Origin: Candidatus Sumerlaeia bacterium
GTDB lineage: Bacteria; Sumerlaeota; Sumerlaeia; SLMS01; JANRJK01
Assembly (NCBI GenBank): GCA_033764015.1
Contig: JANRJK010000023.1
Location: forward strand, 64,001-128,000
Direction of reading: 5' to 3'
Length of the DNA: 64,000 nucleotides
The position numbers were made by a program, and so were the translations under genes. Under the pieces are notes generated by a model that was not told the origin of the DNA, ran no database searches, and worked only from the letters and a program-made list of their open reading frames with translations. Shown here piece by piece: positions 48,478 through 60,128 of this stretch; position 1 is the stretch's first letter, and the number at the start of each line of letters is the position of its first letter.

Positions 48478-50472
48478 CTACTCCCCCTCCCCATCCAGTG
48501 GCAGCTTCATCTCCCCCGGGTTTGTCGGCCACGGTTGCAGCCGCACCGTGATCGACGAGCCGGTGACGGGGACTTTGCCTTGGAAGAAGCCGGATTGGTG
48601 GTCGGCGTGGACGTCGAGCAGGTCGCATTCCACCGGGCCGAGTTCCACCGTTCCGCGCGAGCCGGAGAACTGGTCGTCCGTGAGGGCGCCGATGATGTCG
48701 GGCGCGATGCGGACGCGGGCGTTCGCCGCGGGGGCGCCGCTGGGCGATAGGATCAGCACCTCGAGCCGGTCGATGCGCGGCGGCGCTGGTTCGAAGCGCG
48801 CCTCCTTGCGGAAGTCCTCCGGCCCGAAGTCCACCGCTTCCGAGCGCCGCAGCGCCAGCGCCCCGTCCGTGAACACCAGCCGGTACGTGCCGGGCTTCGA
48901 CACCTCCGCCATCAGGAACGTGTCGCCCACCTGCGCGTCGCCGGGATCGAGCGCCTGCCAGGCGCCGGACTCGTCGAGCTCCTCGAGGCCGACCACGGGG
49001 ACCAGGCCCGCCTGCAGGTCCGGCGGCTTCGCCTCGTAGTTCACGATCAGCCAGCGGAACGCGGGGATCTGGAAATCGAGGCGCGCGGGGCGCTCGGCGC
49101 TTTCGATCGCCGGCGCGCGTCCGCGGCGCGTGGCGCTGTAGCGGGGCGGGTTGCCCTCCGCGTCGAACGCCATCGCGAGCGCGTCCTGCTCGCGGTTCAG
49201 CGGCAGGCCCGCCAGCTCGTAGCGCCCCTGCGCGTCCGTGACCGTTTCGCTGCGCCGCTCCCCGCCCGTCGCCACCATCACGCGGACATCCGCGAGCGGC
49301 TCGCCGGTGCCCTCCAGCGTCACCGTCCCCTGCAGCCGCCCGGTCCCCACCAGCGGCGAAAACAGCCCCCGGGCGTCCACGTCGATCGTCGTCGTCTCGC
49401 CCATGCGGAAGGAGACCGTGTGCTCCACCGTCTTGTCGGGCGCGTCGCCGGTGGCGACGATGCGCACGTAGGGCGCCGGCGGCATCGGCGCCAGGCGGAA
49501 CGCGCCGGTGCGGTCCATGGTGAACGGGCGCGCGCCGCGGGAGAACTCCGCCACCGCCGGGTTCACCGCCTCCTGCATCCGCAGCGTGTCCATCACGGCG
49601 TAGGGGTCCTCCGCGTCCACGCGCAGCTCGACGATGCGCAGCGAGACCTCCGCGCGGTCGCGGTCCGGCGGGATCGTCAGGTTCACCGCCAGGCGCGCCG
49701 GCTCCTGCAGTTCGATGTCGCCCAGGTCCAGCGTCGCGTGCGCCTCCACCGGCTCCGACAGCACCGGATCGACGAAGGCGTAGCGGTCGTCGTTGTCGTA
49801 CAGCACCGCGCCGGTGAGCTCGTCCAGCGCCAGCCAGTCGGTCTCGACCGTGCCGTCCCCGCGCGAAGGGTACGTCTGCCAGTTCGCGGGGAAGTCGCCG
49901 AGCTCGAGCCCCCAGGCGGCGCGCACTCCGCTGTAGTTGGCGAAGCGCAGCGAGACGCCGTCGGCGGCCTTCCCCCCGGGCAGCACGGCGCGCGCGCGGA
50001 GCTTCGCCGGCACCGGCAGATCGAACTCCGAGCCGCCGGCGGGATGCTGCGCGATCTCCGCCAGCGTCAGGCTCGAGACCGGATCGAACATCGTGACCGA
50101 GGAGGCGGACGCGGAGGCGGGGAAGCCGCCGTCCTTCGCCACCGTGAAGCGCTCGGAGCGCCCGGAGGCGAGGTCGCGGACGATCGCCTCGAGGCCGCTC
50201 GCGGGCGCCCCGGACACGCGGTAGCGCGCCACGAACTGCACATCCGTCTTCGGGCGGTCGGGGCCGGGGACCGGGCGGATGCCCTCGTTCGGGTCCGGTT
50301 TGCGTTCCTGCGGCGCCGCCACCTCCGGGCGGGGCGCCGGGCGCGGCGCCGGTGTGGGCGAGGGGCCGTCGGCGCGGCGCGTGGCGACCACCGCCGCCAG
50401 CCCCAGCATCGCCACCGCGGCGAGCCCGAAGGCCGCCATCTTCATCTTCCGCCGAGTCTCCAGGTCCGCCAC
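48478..50472 (-). CDS. Membrane-anchored protein with carboxypeptidase-regulatory-like (transthyretin-fold) domains
   Basis: N-terminal TM, Pro-rich linker and GRLQGTV..TGEPLADVRV..TDAQGRYELAGLP motif. Confidence 0.75.
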   Translation of the reverse strand: MADLETRRKMKMAAFGLAAVAMLGLAAVVATRRADGPSPTPAPRPAPRPEVAAPQERKPDPNEGIRPVPGPDRPKTDVQFVARYRVSGAPASGLEAIVRDLASGRSERFTVAKDGGFPASASASSVTMFDPVSSLTLAEIAQHPAGGSEFDLPVPAKLRARAVLPGGKAADGVSLRFANYSGVRAAWGLELGDFPANWQTYPSRGDGTVETDWLALDELTGAVLYDNDDRYAFVDPVLSEPVEAHATLDLGDIELQEPARLAVNLTIPPDRDRAEVSLRIVELRVDAEDPYAVMDTLRMQEAVNPAVAEFSRGARPFTMDRTGAFRLAPMPPAPYVRIVATGDAPDKTVEHTVSFRMGETTTIDVDARGLFSPLVGTGRLQGTVTLEGTGEPLADVRVMVATGGERRSETVTDAQGRYELAGLPLNREQDALAMAFDAEGNPPRYSATRRGRAPAIESAERPARLDFQIPAFRWLIVNYEAKPPDLQAGLVPVVGLEELDESGAWQALDPGDAQVGDTFLMAEVSKPGTYRLVFTDGALALRRSEAVDFGPEDFRKEARFEPAPPRIDRLEVLILSPSGAPAANARVRIAPDIIGALTDDQFSGSRGTVELGPVECDLLDVHADHQSGFFQGKVPVTGSSITVRLQPWPTNPGEMKLPLDGEGE

Positions 50473-50484
50473 CGGTCCAGCCTC

Positions 50485-51591
50485 CTAGACGATCGTCGAC
50501 AGGTCCACGTGCGTGTTGGTTTCCGCGGCCCGGTACACCGCTTCGAGGAAGCGCTGCACGTCGTAGCCCTCCGACACCGGCACCGCGCAGCGCTCCCGCT
50601 TGCCGTTCAGCACCGCGGCGAAGTCCGCCACCTGCTCGTAGTAGGCGTGCCCGTAGTAGTGCGGTGTCAGCGTGAACGGCGAGCGCACCAGCTCGCCCTC
50701 GGTCACGACGCGGCGCTGCTCGCCGGTCTCGAGGACGATATGCCGGTCCGTCAGCTCGATGCGCCCCGCGTCCCCTTCGATGGTCATCTCGTGCACCTGC
50801 GCCGGGAACCCCCGCAGCGACCAGTGGCACTCGATCTCGCCGGTCAGGCCGTCCGCGTGGGCCGCCTGGATGCGCACGTCGTCCTCCACCTCGCGCGAGT
50901 GGTGCGAGCGCATCAGCGCGCTGACCGACTCGGGCAGGCCGAAGAGCCGCTGCACGAGGAAGAGCAGGTGGCTGCCGCTGTTGATGAGGACGCCGCCGCC
51001 GGAAAGCGCCTTGGTGTAGATCCACCCCTTGCGCGGCGCGAAGACCTGGCTCAGGCGCATGCGCGCGTCGTAGCGGTGCGGCCGCCCGATGGCGCCCTCC
51101 GCCACCAGGCGCCGCGCCTCGTTGAAGACCGGGTGCTGCGCCAGCATGAACGCCACGCCGGTGGCGAGGTGGGGGAACGCCTCCGCCTCGTCCCGGATCC
51201 GGCGCGCGGCCTCCAGCGTGTGCGCCAGCGGCTTCTCCACCAGCACCCCCGCGCCGAAGCGCAGCGCCTCGACCGCGAGGTCCGCGTGCGCGGCCTGCGG
51301 CGCGCTGATGATGACGCCCGCGGGCTTCTCCGCCGCCAGCATCGCGCTGAATGACTCGTAGAAGGGGGCCGCCACGCCCATGCTCTTCACGTGGACCCCG
51401 AGCTGGCGCTTGCGGTCGCAGATCGCGGCCAGCGCGCACCTCGGCGCCATCGACGCCATGGCGGAGTGCATGATGCCCATCTTGCCGAGCCCCACCACCG
51501 CCACGCGGGCCGCGCGCGGGATCGGCGAATAGTACTCGCCCGATTCGCTGTCGGGGGGCGGGGTCGTCACCCCAGGAGTTGCGGCAGACAT
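50485..51591 (-). CDS. Gfo/Idh/MocA family oxidoreductase
   Basis: VVGLGKMG, VLVEKPLA and GGGVLINSGSH. Confidence 0.9.
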   Translation of the reverse strand: MSAATPGVTTPPPDSESGEYYSPIPRAARVAVVGLGKMGIMHSAMASMAPRCALAAICDRKRQLGVHVKSMGVAAPFYESFSAMLAAEKPAGVIISAPQAAHADLAVEALRFGAGVLVEKPLAHTLEAARRIRDEAEAFPHLATGVAFMLAQHPVFNEARRLVAEGAIGRPHRYDARMRLSQVFAPRKGWIYTKALSGGGVLINSGSHLLFLVQRLFGLPESVSALMRSHHSREVEDDVRIQAAHADGLTGEIECHWSLRGFPAQVHEMTIEGDAGRIELTDRHIVLETGEQRRVVTEGELVRSPFTLTPHYYGHAYYEQVADFAAVLNGKRERCAVPVSEGYDVQRFLEAVYRAAETNTHVDLSTIV

Positions 51592-52490
51592 TCCTCGAGC
51601 CCTTCGTCGTAGGAGCGCGGGCGGAACCCGAGGTCCCGCTCCGCGTCGGCGATCTCCACCGGCTGCGCCTTCACGACGCCTTCGATGTTGTCGCGCGTGA
51701 TCGGCGGGTTCGCAAGGAGCGCCTCGCCGGTGGCGGCGATGATCCGGCACAGCCAGATCGGCAGCGGCAGCACCGGCGCCGGCCGCCCCTTCGCAGCCGC
51801 CGCGGTCCGCGCGAAGAACTCCCGCGCCGTCATCGCCTCCGCGCAGCCCAGCATGTACGCCTTCCCCGCGGCCATCGGCGAATCCAGCGCCATCAGCACC
51901 GCCATCGCCAGGTCGTCCACGTGCACCGGCCGCATGTCCTCGCGCCCCGGGCCCACCACCGGCACCACCGGCAGCTTCCGCAGCAGGTTCACCAGCTTGA
52001 AGAAGATCCCCCGCCTCGCGGGACCGTAGATGATCGACGGGCGCAGGATCGTCCACGCCAGGTCCGAGCGCCGCACCTCCTCGTCCGCCAGGAACTTGGT
52101 GCCGCCGTAGACCGAATGGTTCGCGCGGTGCGCCGACATGCTGCTGATCTGCACCCAGCGGCGCACCCCGGCCTCCATCGCCGCGTCGACGAAGTGCCGC
52201 GTGCCCTCCACGTTGATGCGCGACGACAGCGCCATGTCCGGCTTGCCGGTCGAGACCACCGCGGCGGCGTGCACCACGGCCTCGGGCTTCGCCTCCGCGA
52301 GCGCCTTCGCCACCGAGCGGCGGTCGTGGAACTCGCCCCGCACCACCGGCACGCCGGGCGTCAGCAGCGAGGAGTCGGCGCCCTCGCGCGCCAGCGCCAC
52401 CGGCGTCCAGTTGCGCGCCGCCAGCAGGGCGCGGCAGACCGCCGAGCCCACAAAGCCGTTCGCGCCGCTCACAAGGACCACCTTCTTCAT
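51567..52490 (-). CDS. NAD-dependent epimerase/dehydratase (extended SDR)
   Basis: VSGANGFVG, YGGTK (YxxxK), LRPSIIYG and VHVDD. Confidence 0.9.
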   Translation of the reverse strand: MKKVVLVSGANGFVGSAVCRALLAARNWTPVALAREGADSSLLTPGVPVVRGEFHDRRSVAKALAEAKPEAVVHAAAVVSTGKPDMALSSRINVEGTRHFVDAAMEAGVRRWVQISSMSAHRANHSVYGGTKFLADEEVRRSDLAWTILRPSIIYGPARRGIFFKLVNLLRKLPVVPVVGPGREDMRPVHVDDLAMAVLMALDSPMAAGKAYMLGCAEAMTAREFFARTAAAAKGRPAPVLPLPIWLCRIIAATGEALLANPPITRDNIEGVVKAQPVEIADAERDLGFRPRSYDEGLEECLPQLLG

Positions 52491-52542
52491 GGCGTCGACG
52501 TTTCGGCGCGCCCGGCACCGTGGCAAGCGCCTTGCGCGGCGG

Positions 52543-54204
52543 TCACCGGAGCGCCGGGCGGCGGGCGCCCGCGCGGAAGTCCGCCGGCTCCAGCTCGTGC
52601 TTCTTCAATTTGCTTTGCAGCGTCTGCCGCTTGAGCCCCAGCCGCGCCGCCGCGCCCTTCGGACCCCCCACCACGCCGCGGCACGCCGCCAGCGCCGCCC
52701 GGATCGCCTCCCGCTCCGCCTCCGCGAAGCTGTCCCGCAGCGACCGCCCGCCCTCCGCGAACTCCTGCGGCGTCGGCAGCGGCGTGCGGTCCGAGGCGGG
52801 GACCTCCGTGCGGGGCGCCACGCTCTCCGCCGCCTCCGCGCTGTCGCCGGGGCGCGTGTGCAGCGCGCGCTTCTTCACCGCGAGCAGGTGCGGGCGCAGG
52901 TCGATCACCTGCCCCCCCGTCAGGATCACCGCGCGCTCGATCACGTGCTCCAGCTCGCGCACGTTGCCGGGCCACGGATACTCGAGGATCGCCCGGAGCG
53001 ACTCCTGGCTGAAGCCCATCTGCGGGCGCCCGTGCCGCGCGCGGTGCATCTGGAGGAAGTAGTGCGCGAGCAGCGGGATGTCCTCGCCGCGCTGCCGCAG
53101 CGCCGGCATCCGGATCGGAAACACGTTCAGCCGGTAGAACAGGTCCGCGCGGAACGCCTTGCGGTCCACCTCCTCCTGCAGGTCGCGGTTCGTCGCCGCC
53201 ACCAGCCGCACGTCGATCGGGATCGTGCTGGTGCCGCCCACGCGCTCGATCTCGCGCGCCTCGAGGACGCGCAGCAGCTTCACCTGCGAGGCGAGCGGCA
53301 GCTCCCCGATCTCGTCCAGGAACAGCGTGCCGCGCTCCGCGAGCTCGAAGCGGCCGAGGCGGCGCTGGTGCGCGCCGGTGAACGCGCCGCGCTCGTGGCC
53401 GAACAGCTCGCTCTCGATCAGCGTCTCCGTCAGCGCGCCGCAGTTCACCTTGATGAACGGCGCGCGCGCCCGAGGGCTGCGCTCGTGGATCGCCCGCGCC
53501 ACCAGTTCCTTGCCGGTCCCCGTCTCGCCCGAGATCAGCACCGTGCTCTGCGTCGGCGCCACGCTGCGGATCTGCGTCAGCAGCGCGCGCCATTCCGGGC
53601 TGCGCCCCACCATTCCGTCCACGGGGAACTGCTCGCCGATCTCCTCGCGGAGGTACTCGCCCTCCAGCTCCGCGCGGCGCCGCAGCGACTCGAGCTCCTC
53701 GAACGCCACCGCGTTCTCCAGCGCCACCGCCAGGATCGGTGCGATCCGCTCCAGCAGCCGCGCGTCCTCCTCCCCGAAGCGGTTCTCCTCGCGGTGCGCC
53801 ACGAACAGGTAGCCGATCACCGCGTCGCCGCGCTCGAGCAGCGCCGCCATGCCCGAGCGCACCGGCTCGCACTCCCAGTGGCGCATGTCCACGCCGTCGG
53901 TCTCGCGCATGCTCGCCACATCGCGAACCAGCAGCACGCGCCGGTGCCGCAGCAGGAAGTCCGCGGGCGACCCATCCTTCACATCCGCCCGGTAGCCAAC
54001 GGTCTTGCCGAAGTTCTCGAGGCCCGTCGATACCACGACGGTTTCGAACTGCCGCGTCTCCGGCAGGTAGCGCGCCATGCCCATCGCGTCCACGTCCCAA
54101 AGGCGTCGGAACGCCACCGAGGTGGCATCGAAGAACGCCTTCAGGTCGCGATGGTGGAGCAGTGCTTGGACGAGGTCGTAAAGGAGCGTGTCGAATTGCG
54201 GCAT
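52543..54204 (-). CDS. Sigma-54-dependent transcriptional activator (GAF-AAA+-HTH, FhlA-like)
   Basis: GETGTGKE, ESELFGHERGAFTGA, LFLDEIGE, WPGNVREL and C-terminal GAAARLGLKRQTL. Confidence 0.93.
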   Translation of the reverse strand: MPQFDTLLYDLVQALLHHRDLKAFFDATSVAFRRLWDVDAMGMARYLPETRQFETVVVSTGLENFGKTVGYRADVKDGSPADFLLRHRRVLLVRDVASMRETDGVDMRHWECEPVRSGMAALLERGDAVIGYLFVAHREENRFGEEDARLLERIAPILAVALENAVAFEELESLRRRAELEGEYLREEIGEQFPVDGMVGRSPEWRALLTQIRSVAPTQSTVLISGETGTGKELVARAIHERSPRARAPFIKVNCGALTETLIESELFGHERGAFTGAHQRRLGRFELAERGTLFLDEIGELPLASQVKLLRVLEAREIERVGGTSTIPIDVRLVAATNRDLQEEVDRKAFRADLFYRLNVFPIRMPALRQRGEDIPLLAHYFLQMHRARHGRPQMGFSQESLRAILEYPWPGNVRELEHVIERAVILTGGQVIDLRPHLLAVKKRALHTRPGDSAEAAESVAPRTEVPASDRTPLPTPQEFAEGGRSLRDSFAEAEREAIRAALAACRGVVGGPKGAAARLGLKRQTLQSKLKKHELEPADFRAGARRPALR

Positions 54205-54257
54205 GTGCTGTGGTGGTCCCCCAAGGGGCCGAACATTCGGCTCGCCCGGTCCCGGGC

Positions 54258-55205
54258 TCAAGCCCGATCCACGGCGCAATCCAGCACGAAGACCCCCCAA
54301 TCGTCCTGCGACGATTCGTCCCGCAGCGCCCAGTCCGCCTGGCGGCAGAGGTCGAGCACGTAGTCGCGCTCCGCCATCAGGAAGCCGGAGAGCACCATGG
54401 GTAGATGGAGCTTCGCCAGCGGCGCCAGGTAGGGCGTGAACTCCTCCATCAGCATGTTGCAGGCGATGAGGTTGGGCGGGGCGCTACCGGCGAGGAGCGC
54501 CGCCTCGAACGCGGACCGGAACGACTTGCCGAGCACGAAGTGCGCGCGCCCGCCCACGCCGTTCAGTTGGCAGTTCTCCGCGAAGTTCCCCGCGCACACG
54601 TCGTCGTGCTCCAGCCCGAAGGCGGCCTCCGCGCCGAAGCGCACCGTCGCGATCGACAGGATTCCCGAACCCGCGCCCACATCCAGCAGCACCGTCTCGG
54701 GCTTGGCGAGGCGTTCGAGCATCCGCAGGCAGAGCTGCGTGGTGGCGTGCGTGCCGGTGCCGAAGGCTTGGCCCGGCTCGATTTTCAGCACCAGCGCCCC
54801 CTTCGGCGCGTCGGCGGGCAGCTCCGCGTCCCACGGCGGGCCGACAAACAGGCGCTCAGTCACCCGCGTGAGCCGGAAGTACTGCCGCCAGTTGGCCCCC
54901 CAGTCCTGGTTCTCGATCCACTCGAAGGCGATCTCCCAGCGGTCGGGGCCCGGCTCGCCGAGCTGCTCCGAGACCACCGCGCGCAGGCGCGCGGTCCACT
55001 CCTCGCACCGGTCGCCCTCCTCCGCCGCGCCGAAGACGCGCACCCAGTCGGGAGGCTCGGAGCGCCCCGGCGTGGTGGGGTACTCCTCGAGGCCGAGGAC
55101 GCCCTCCGCTTGGAGCAGCATCGTCGAAAGCAGCTCCCACGCGTCCGCGGAGGGGCGGCGGTGGAAGGCGATGGAGGCGGCGGGCCACTGGGCGGGGGCG
55201 GGCAC
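54258..55205 (-). CDS. prmA: 50S ribosomal protein L11 methyltransferase
   Basis: DWGANWRQYF, IEPGQAFGTGTHATT and LDVGAGSGILSI. Confidence 0.9.
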   Translation of the reverse strand: MPAPAQWPAASIAFHRRPSADAWELLSTMLLQAEGVLGLEEYPTTPGRSEPPDWVRVFGAAEEGDRCEEWTARLRAVVSEQLGEPGPDRWEIAFEWIENQDWGANWRQYFRLTRVTERLFVGPPWDAELPADAPKGALVLKIEPGQAFGTGTHATTQLCLRMLERLAKPETVLLDVGAGSGILSIATVRFGAEAAFGLEHDDVCAGNFAENCQLNGVGGRAHFVLGKSFRSAFEAALLAGSAPPNLIACNMLMEEFTPYLAPLAKLHLPMVLSGFLMAERDYVLDLCRQADWALRDESSQDDWGVFVLDCAVDRA

Positions 55206-55212
55206 CGGCGGG

Positions 55213-56634
55213 CTACTCCGTCAGCCAGTCGAAGTGCACCGCCGCCCCGGGGCGGTCGGTGCGCTCGAACGTGTGCGCGCCGAAGTAGTCGCGCTGCGCC
55301 TGGATCAGGTACGCCGGGCCCCGCGCGCGGCGGTAGCCGTCGAAGTACGCCAGCGACGCCGACAGCGCGGGCACCGCGAGGCCGTGCTCCGACGCCAGCG
55401 CCACCATGCGGCGCAGCGACGTCTCCGCCCCCTGCATCGCGGCGGAGAAGTACGGCGACACCAGCAGGTTCACCGGCGCCGGCTCCGACTCGTACACCTT
55501 CATGATCTCGTCGAGGAGCGCCGCCCGGATGATGCAGCCGCCCTTCCAGATGCGCGCGATCTCGCGGAGGTTCAGCCCGTAGCCGAACTCCTTCGACGCC
55601 TGCGTCAGCATCGCCATGCCCTGCGCGTAGGACATCACCTTGGCGGCGTAGAGCGCCGAGGCCACCTGCGGCGCCAGCACGTTCGCCGGCAGGATGCCCG
55701 CCTTCGCCTTCGGGCCCGGCAGCGCCTCCGCCGCCGCGACGCGCTCGTCCTTGAGCCCGGAAATCAGCCGCGCGTCCACCGCCGCGGTGATCGTCGGCAC
55801 CGGCACGCCGAGGTCGAGCGCCGCCACCGTCGTCCACTTGCCGGTGCCCTTCTGGCCCGCCTTGTCCAGGATGTAGTCCAGCAGCACGCCCCCCGTCTCC
55901 GGGTCCTTGCGCGCGACGATCTTCGACGTGATCTCGATCAGGAAGCTCTGCAGCCGCGGGTCCGTGTTCCACTCGGTGAACGTGCGCTCCAGCGCCGGCG
56001 CGTCGAGGCCGCCGATGGTGCGGAGCAGGTCGTACGCCTCCGCGATGAGCTGCATGTCGCCGTACTCGATCCCGTTGTGGACCATCTTGACGAAGTGGCC
56101 CGCGGAGCCGCGCCCCACATACGTCACGCAGGGGCCGGAATCGGTCTTGGCGGAGATCGCCTGCACGATGTCGGAGATGGACTCGTAGCCCTCCCGCGTG
56201 CCGCCGGGCATCAGCGAGGGGCCGAAGCGCGCGCCCTCCTCGCCGCCGCTCACGCCCATGCCGAGGAAGCGCAGGCCCACCGCCTCCAACTCGCGCGTGC
56301 GGCGCTCCGTGTCGCTATACAGCGAGTTGCCGCCGTCGATGATCAGGTCGCCGTCCTCGAGCAGCGGGCGGAGCTGCGCGATCACGCCGTCCACCGCAGC
56401 GCCCGCCTTCACCATCACCAGGATGCGCCGCGGGCGCTCCAGCGACGCGGTGAACTCCTCCAGCGTCTTCGCGCCGGTGATGTTCCGCCCGGGGTTCTTG
56501 GCGAGGAACTCGTCCGTCACCGAGCCGGTGCGGTTGTACACCGAGATGGGGAATCCGCGGTCGCTGATGTTGAGGGCGATGTTCGCGCCCATGACCGCGA
56601 GTCCGACGACGCCGAAGCGCTGGGTGCCCGCCAT
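55213..56634 (-). CDS. gndA: NADP-dependent 6-phosphogluconate dehydrogenase
   Basis: GLAVMG, YNRT, IDGGN, VSGGEEGA, KMVHNGIEY and QAQRDYFGAHT. Confidence 0.97.
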   Translation of the reverse strand: MAGTQRFGVVGLAVMGANIALNISDRGFPISVYNRTGSVTDEFLAKNPGRNITGAKTLEEFTASLERPRRILVMVKAGAAVDGVIAQLRPLLEDGDLIIDGGNSLYSDTERRTRELEAVGLRFLGMGVSGGEEGARFGPSLMPGGTREGYESISDIVQAISAKTDSGPCVTYVGRGSAGHFVKMVHNGIEYGDMQLIAEAYDLLRTIGGLDAPALERTFTEWNTDPRLQSFLIEITSKIVARKDPETGGVLLDYILDKAGQKGTGKWTTVAALDLGVPVPTITAAVDARLISGLKDERVAAAEALPGPKAKAGILPANVLAPQVASALYAAKVMSYAQGMAMLTQASKEFGYGLNLREIARIWKGGCIIRAALLDEIMKVYESEPAPVNLLVSPYFSAAMQGAETSLRRMVALASEHGLAVPALSASLAYFDGYRRARGPAYLIQAQRDYFGAHTFERTDRPGAAVHFDWLTE

Positions 56635-56768
56635 GGCCGGGTGTCCTGTCGAAAGGGAGTGCGCGCCCGCGAGCAGCGGGCACGGACGCATGGTCCCCCG
56701 CCGCCGCCGCGCGGAGCAAGCGCCACCCCGCCTTGCCCCGGCCGCCTTCCACGGCCCCACGCTCGCCC

Positions 56769-57704
56769 ATGGTCGTCGGACGCTACGCCCCATCGCCCAC
56801 CGGCGCGCTGCACCTCGGAAACCTCCGCACCGCCGTGGCGGCCTGGGCCTCCGCGCGCGCCCGGGGGGGGCGCTGCCTGCTCCGCATCGAGGACATCGAC
56901 CGCGCGCGCTCGCGCCCCGAGCACGAAGTCGCCCAGCTCCGCGACCTCGCCGCCCTCGGCCTCGCGTTCGACGGCGTCCCCGAGCGCCAAAGCGCGCGCC
57001 TCGCCCACTACCACGAAGCGCTCGCCGAGCTTCGCGCGCGCGGCTTCGTGTACCCCTGCTTCTGCTCGCGCCGGGAACTGCGCGACGTCCAGTCCGCCCC
57101 CCACAGCGACGGAGCCGAGCCGCCCTACCCGGGACGCTGCCGTGCGCTCGATCCGGCGGAGGCCGCCGCGATGGCCGCCACGCGCCAGCACTGCCTGCGC
57201 CTGCGCGTCGCCGATGCACCCAAGCGCTTCCGCGACGCGTTCCTCGGCGAGCGGGAGATCGACCTCGAACTGGACGGCGGCGACTTCGTGGTCCGCCGCG
57301 CGGACGGCGAGTACGGCTACCAGCTCGCCTGCGCGGTCGACGACGCGCTGCAGGGGGTGACGGAGGTGGTGCGCGGCGAGGACCTGCTGGTCTCCGGCGC
57401 GCGCCAGTCGTGGCTGCTGGCGTGCCTAGGCCGCGCGGCGCCGCAGTACCGCCACATCCCGCTGGTCCGCGACGCGGCGGGGCGCCGCCTCTCGAAGCGC
57501 GAAGGCGACGACGACCTCTCGGCCTTCATCGCCTGCGGGTTCGATTCGGGGGCGGTGTTGTCGTATCTGGCTTGGACGCTGGGGCAGTGCGACCGCGGCG
57601 AGCACATCGCGCCCGCCGCGCTCGCCGCGCGCTGGACTTGGGACGGGGTGCCGCAGGAGCCCGCGGTGTTCGACGCCGCGGACCTGGAGCCGTACCGCCG
57701 TTAG
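56769..57704 (+). CDS. gluQ: Glutamyl-Q tRNA(Asp) synthetase
   Basis: GRYAPSPTGALHLGN, LRIEDID, CFCSR, YQLACAVDD, VVRGEDL and RLSKR; lacks the GluRS anticodon domain. Confidence 0.92.
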   Translation: MVVGRYAPSPTGALHLGNLRTAVAAWASARARGGRCLLRIEDIDRARSRPEHEVAQLRDLAALGLAFDGVPERQSARLAHYHEALAELRARGFVYPCFCSRRELRDVQSAPHSDGAEPPYPGRCRALDPAEAAAMAATRQHCLRLRVADAPKRFRDAFLGEREIDLELDGGDFVVRRADGEYGYQLACAVDDALQGVTEVVRGEDLLVSGARQSWLLACLGRAAPQYRHIPLVRDAAGRRLSKREGDDDLSAFIACGFDSGAVLSYLAWTLGQCDRGEHIAPAALAARWTWDGVPQEPAVFDAADLEPYRR

Positions 57705-57708
57705 CGCG

Positions 57709-58032
57709 TCACAGCGCGCGCGGCGGCCAGTTCTCGATCTGCACCTTCACGTCGCCCTGTACGCGCGCCTGGCAGCCCAGCCGCGAGTGCAGCGTCTGCG
57801 TCGGGCACAGCTTGTCGAGCGTCTCCAACTCGTCGTCGTCCTGCTCCGACAGGTTGTCGTCGGTGCCGTCGAGGACGATGCAGTGGCAGGTGGAGCAGGC
57901 GCAGACGCCGCCGCAGGCGTGCTCCATGCCCACGGTGTCCTCGAGGTCCTCGGCGACTTCCAGCAGGGACAGGCCCTCTTCCGCTTCGACGGTGACGTTG
58001 GCGGGGAGGAAGGTGACTTTGTGCTTGGGCAT
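57709..58032 (-). CDS. fdx: ISC-type [2Fe-2S] ferredoxin
   Basis: EHACGGVCACSTCHC and SRLGCQA; start MPKHKVTFLP. Confidence 0.92.
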   Translation of the reverse strand: MPKHKVTFLPANVTVEAEEGLSLLEVAEDLEDTVGMEHACGGVCACSTCHCIVLDGTDDNLSEQDDDELETLDKLCPTQTLHSRLGCQARVQGDVKVQIENWPPRAL

Positions 58033-58088
58033 GGTGGTCGAAAATGACTCCGGGAGGTTGGGGCGAAGCGGGTGCCGCGGGGGTTTGT

Positions 58089-60026
<1,938 letters not shown>

Positions 60027-60128
60027 CACACATCCCCGCATGGATTCACGGACGGTCCCCCGCCCGCGCGGCATTCCGCCGGGAAGCCGCGCTTGGCGCA
60101 ACCCGGGAATGCCCCGCGGCCCGCCCGG

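Noticed and set aside
52521..52536. Sigma-54 -24/-12 match TGGCA-N6-TTGC
   Set aside because: It is on the plus strand, pointing antisense into the activator gene; on the minus strand it reads better as a TTGCCA -35-like element for the epimerase gene.
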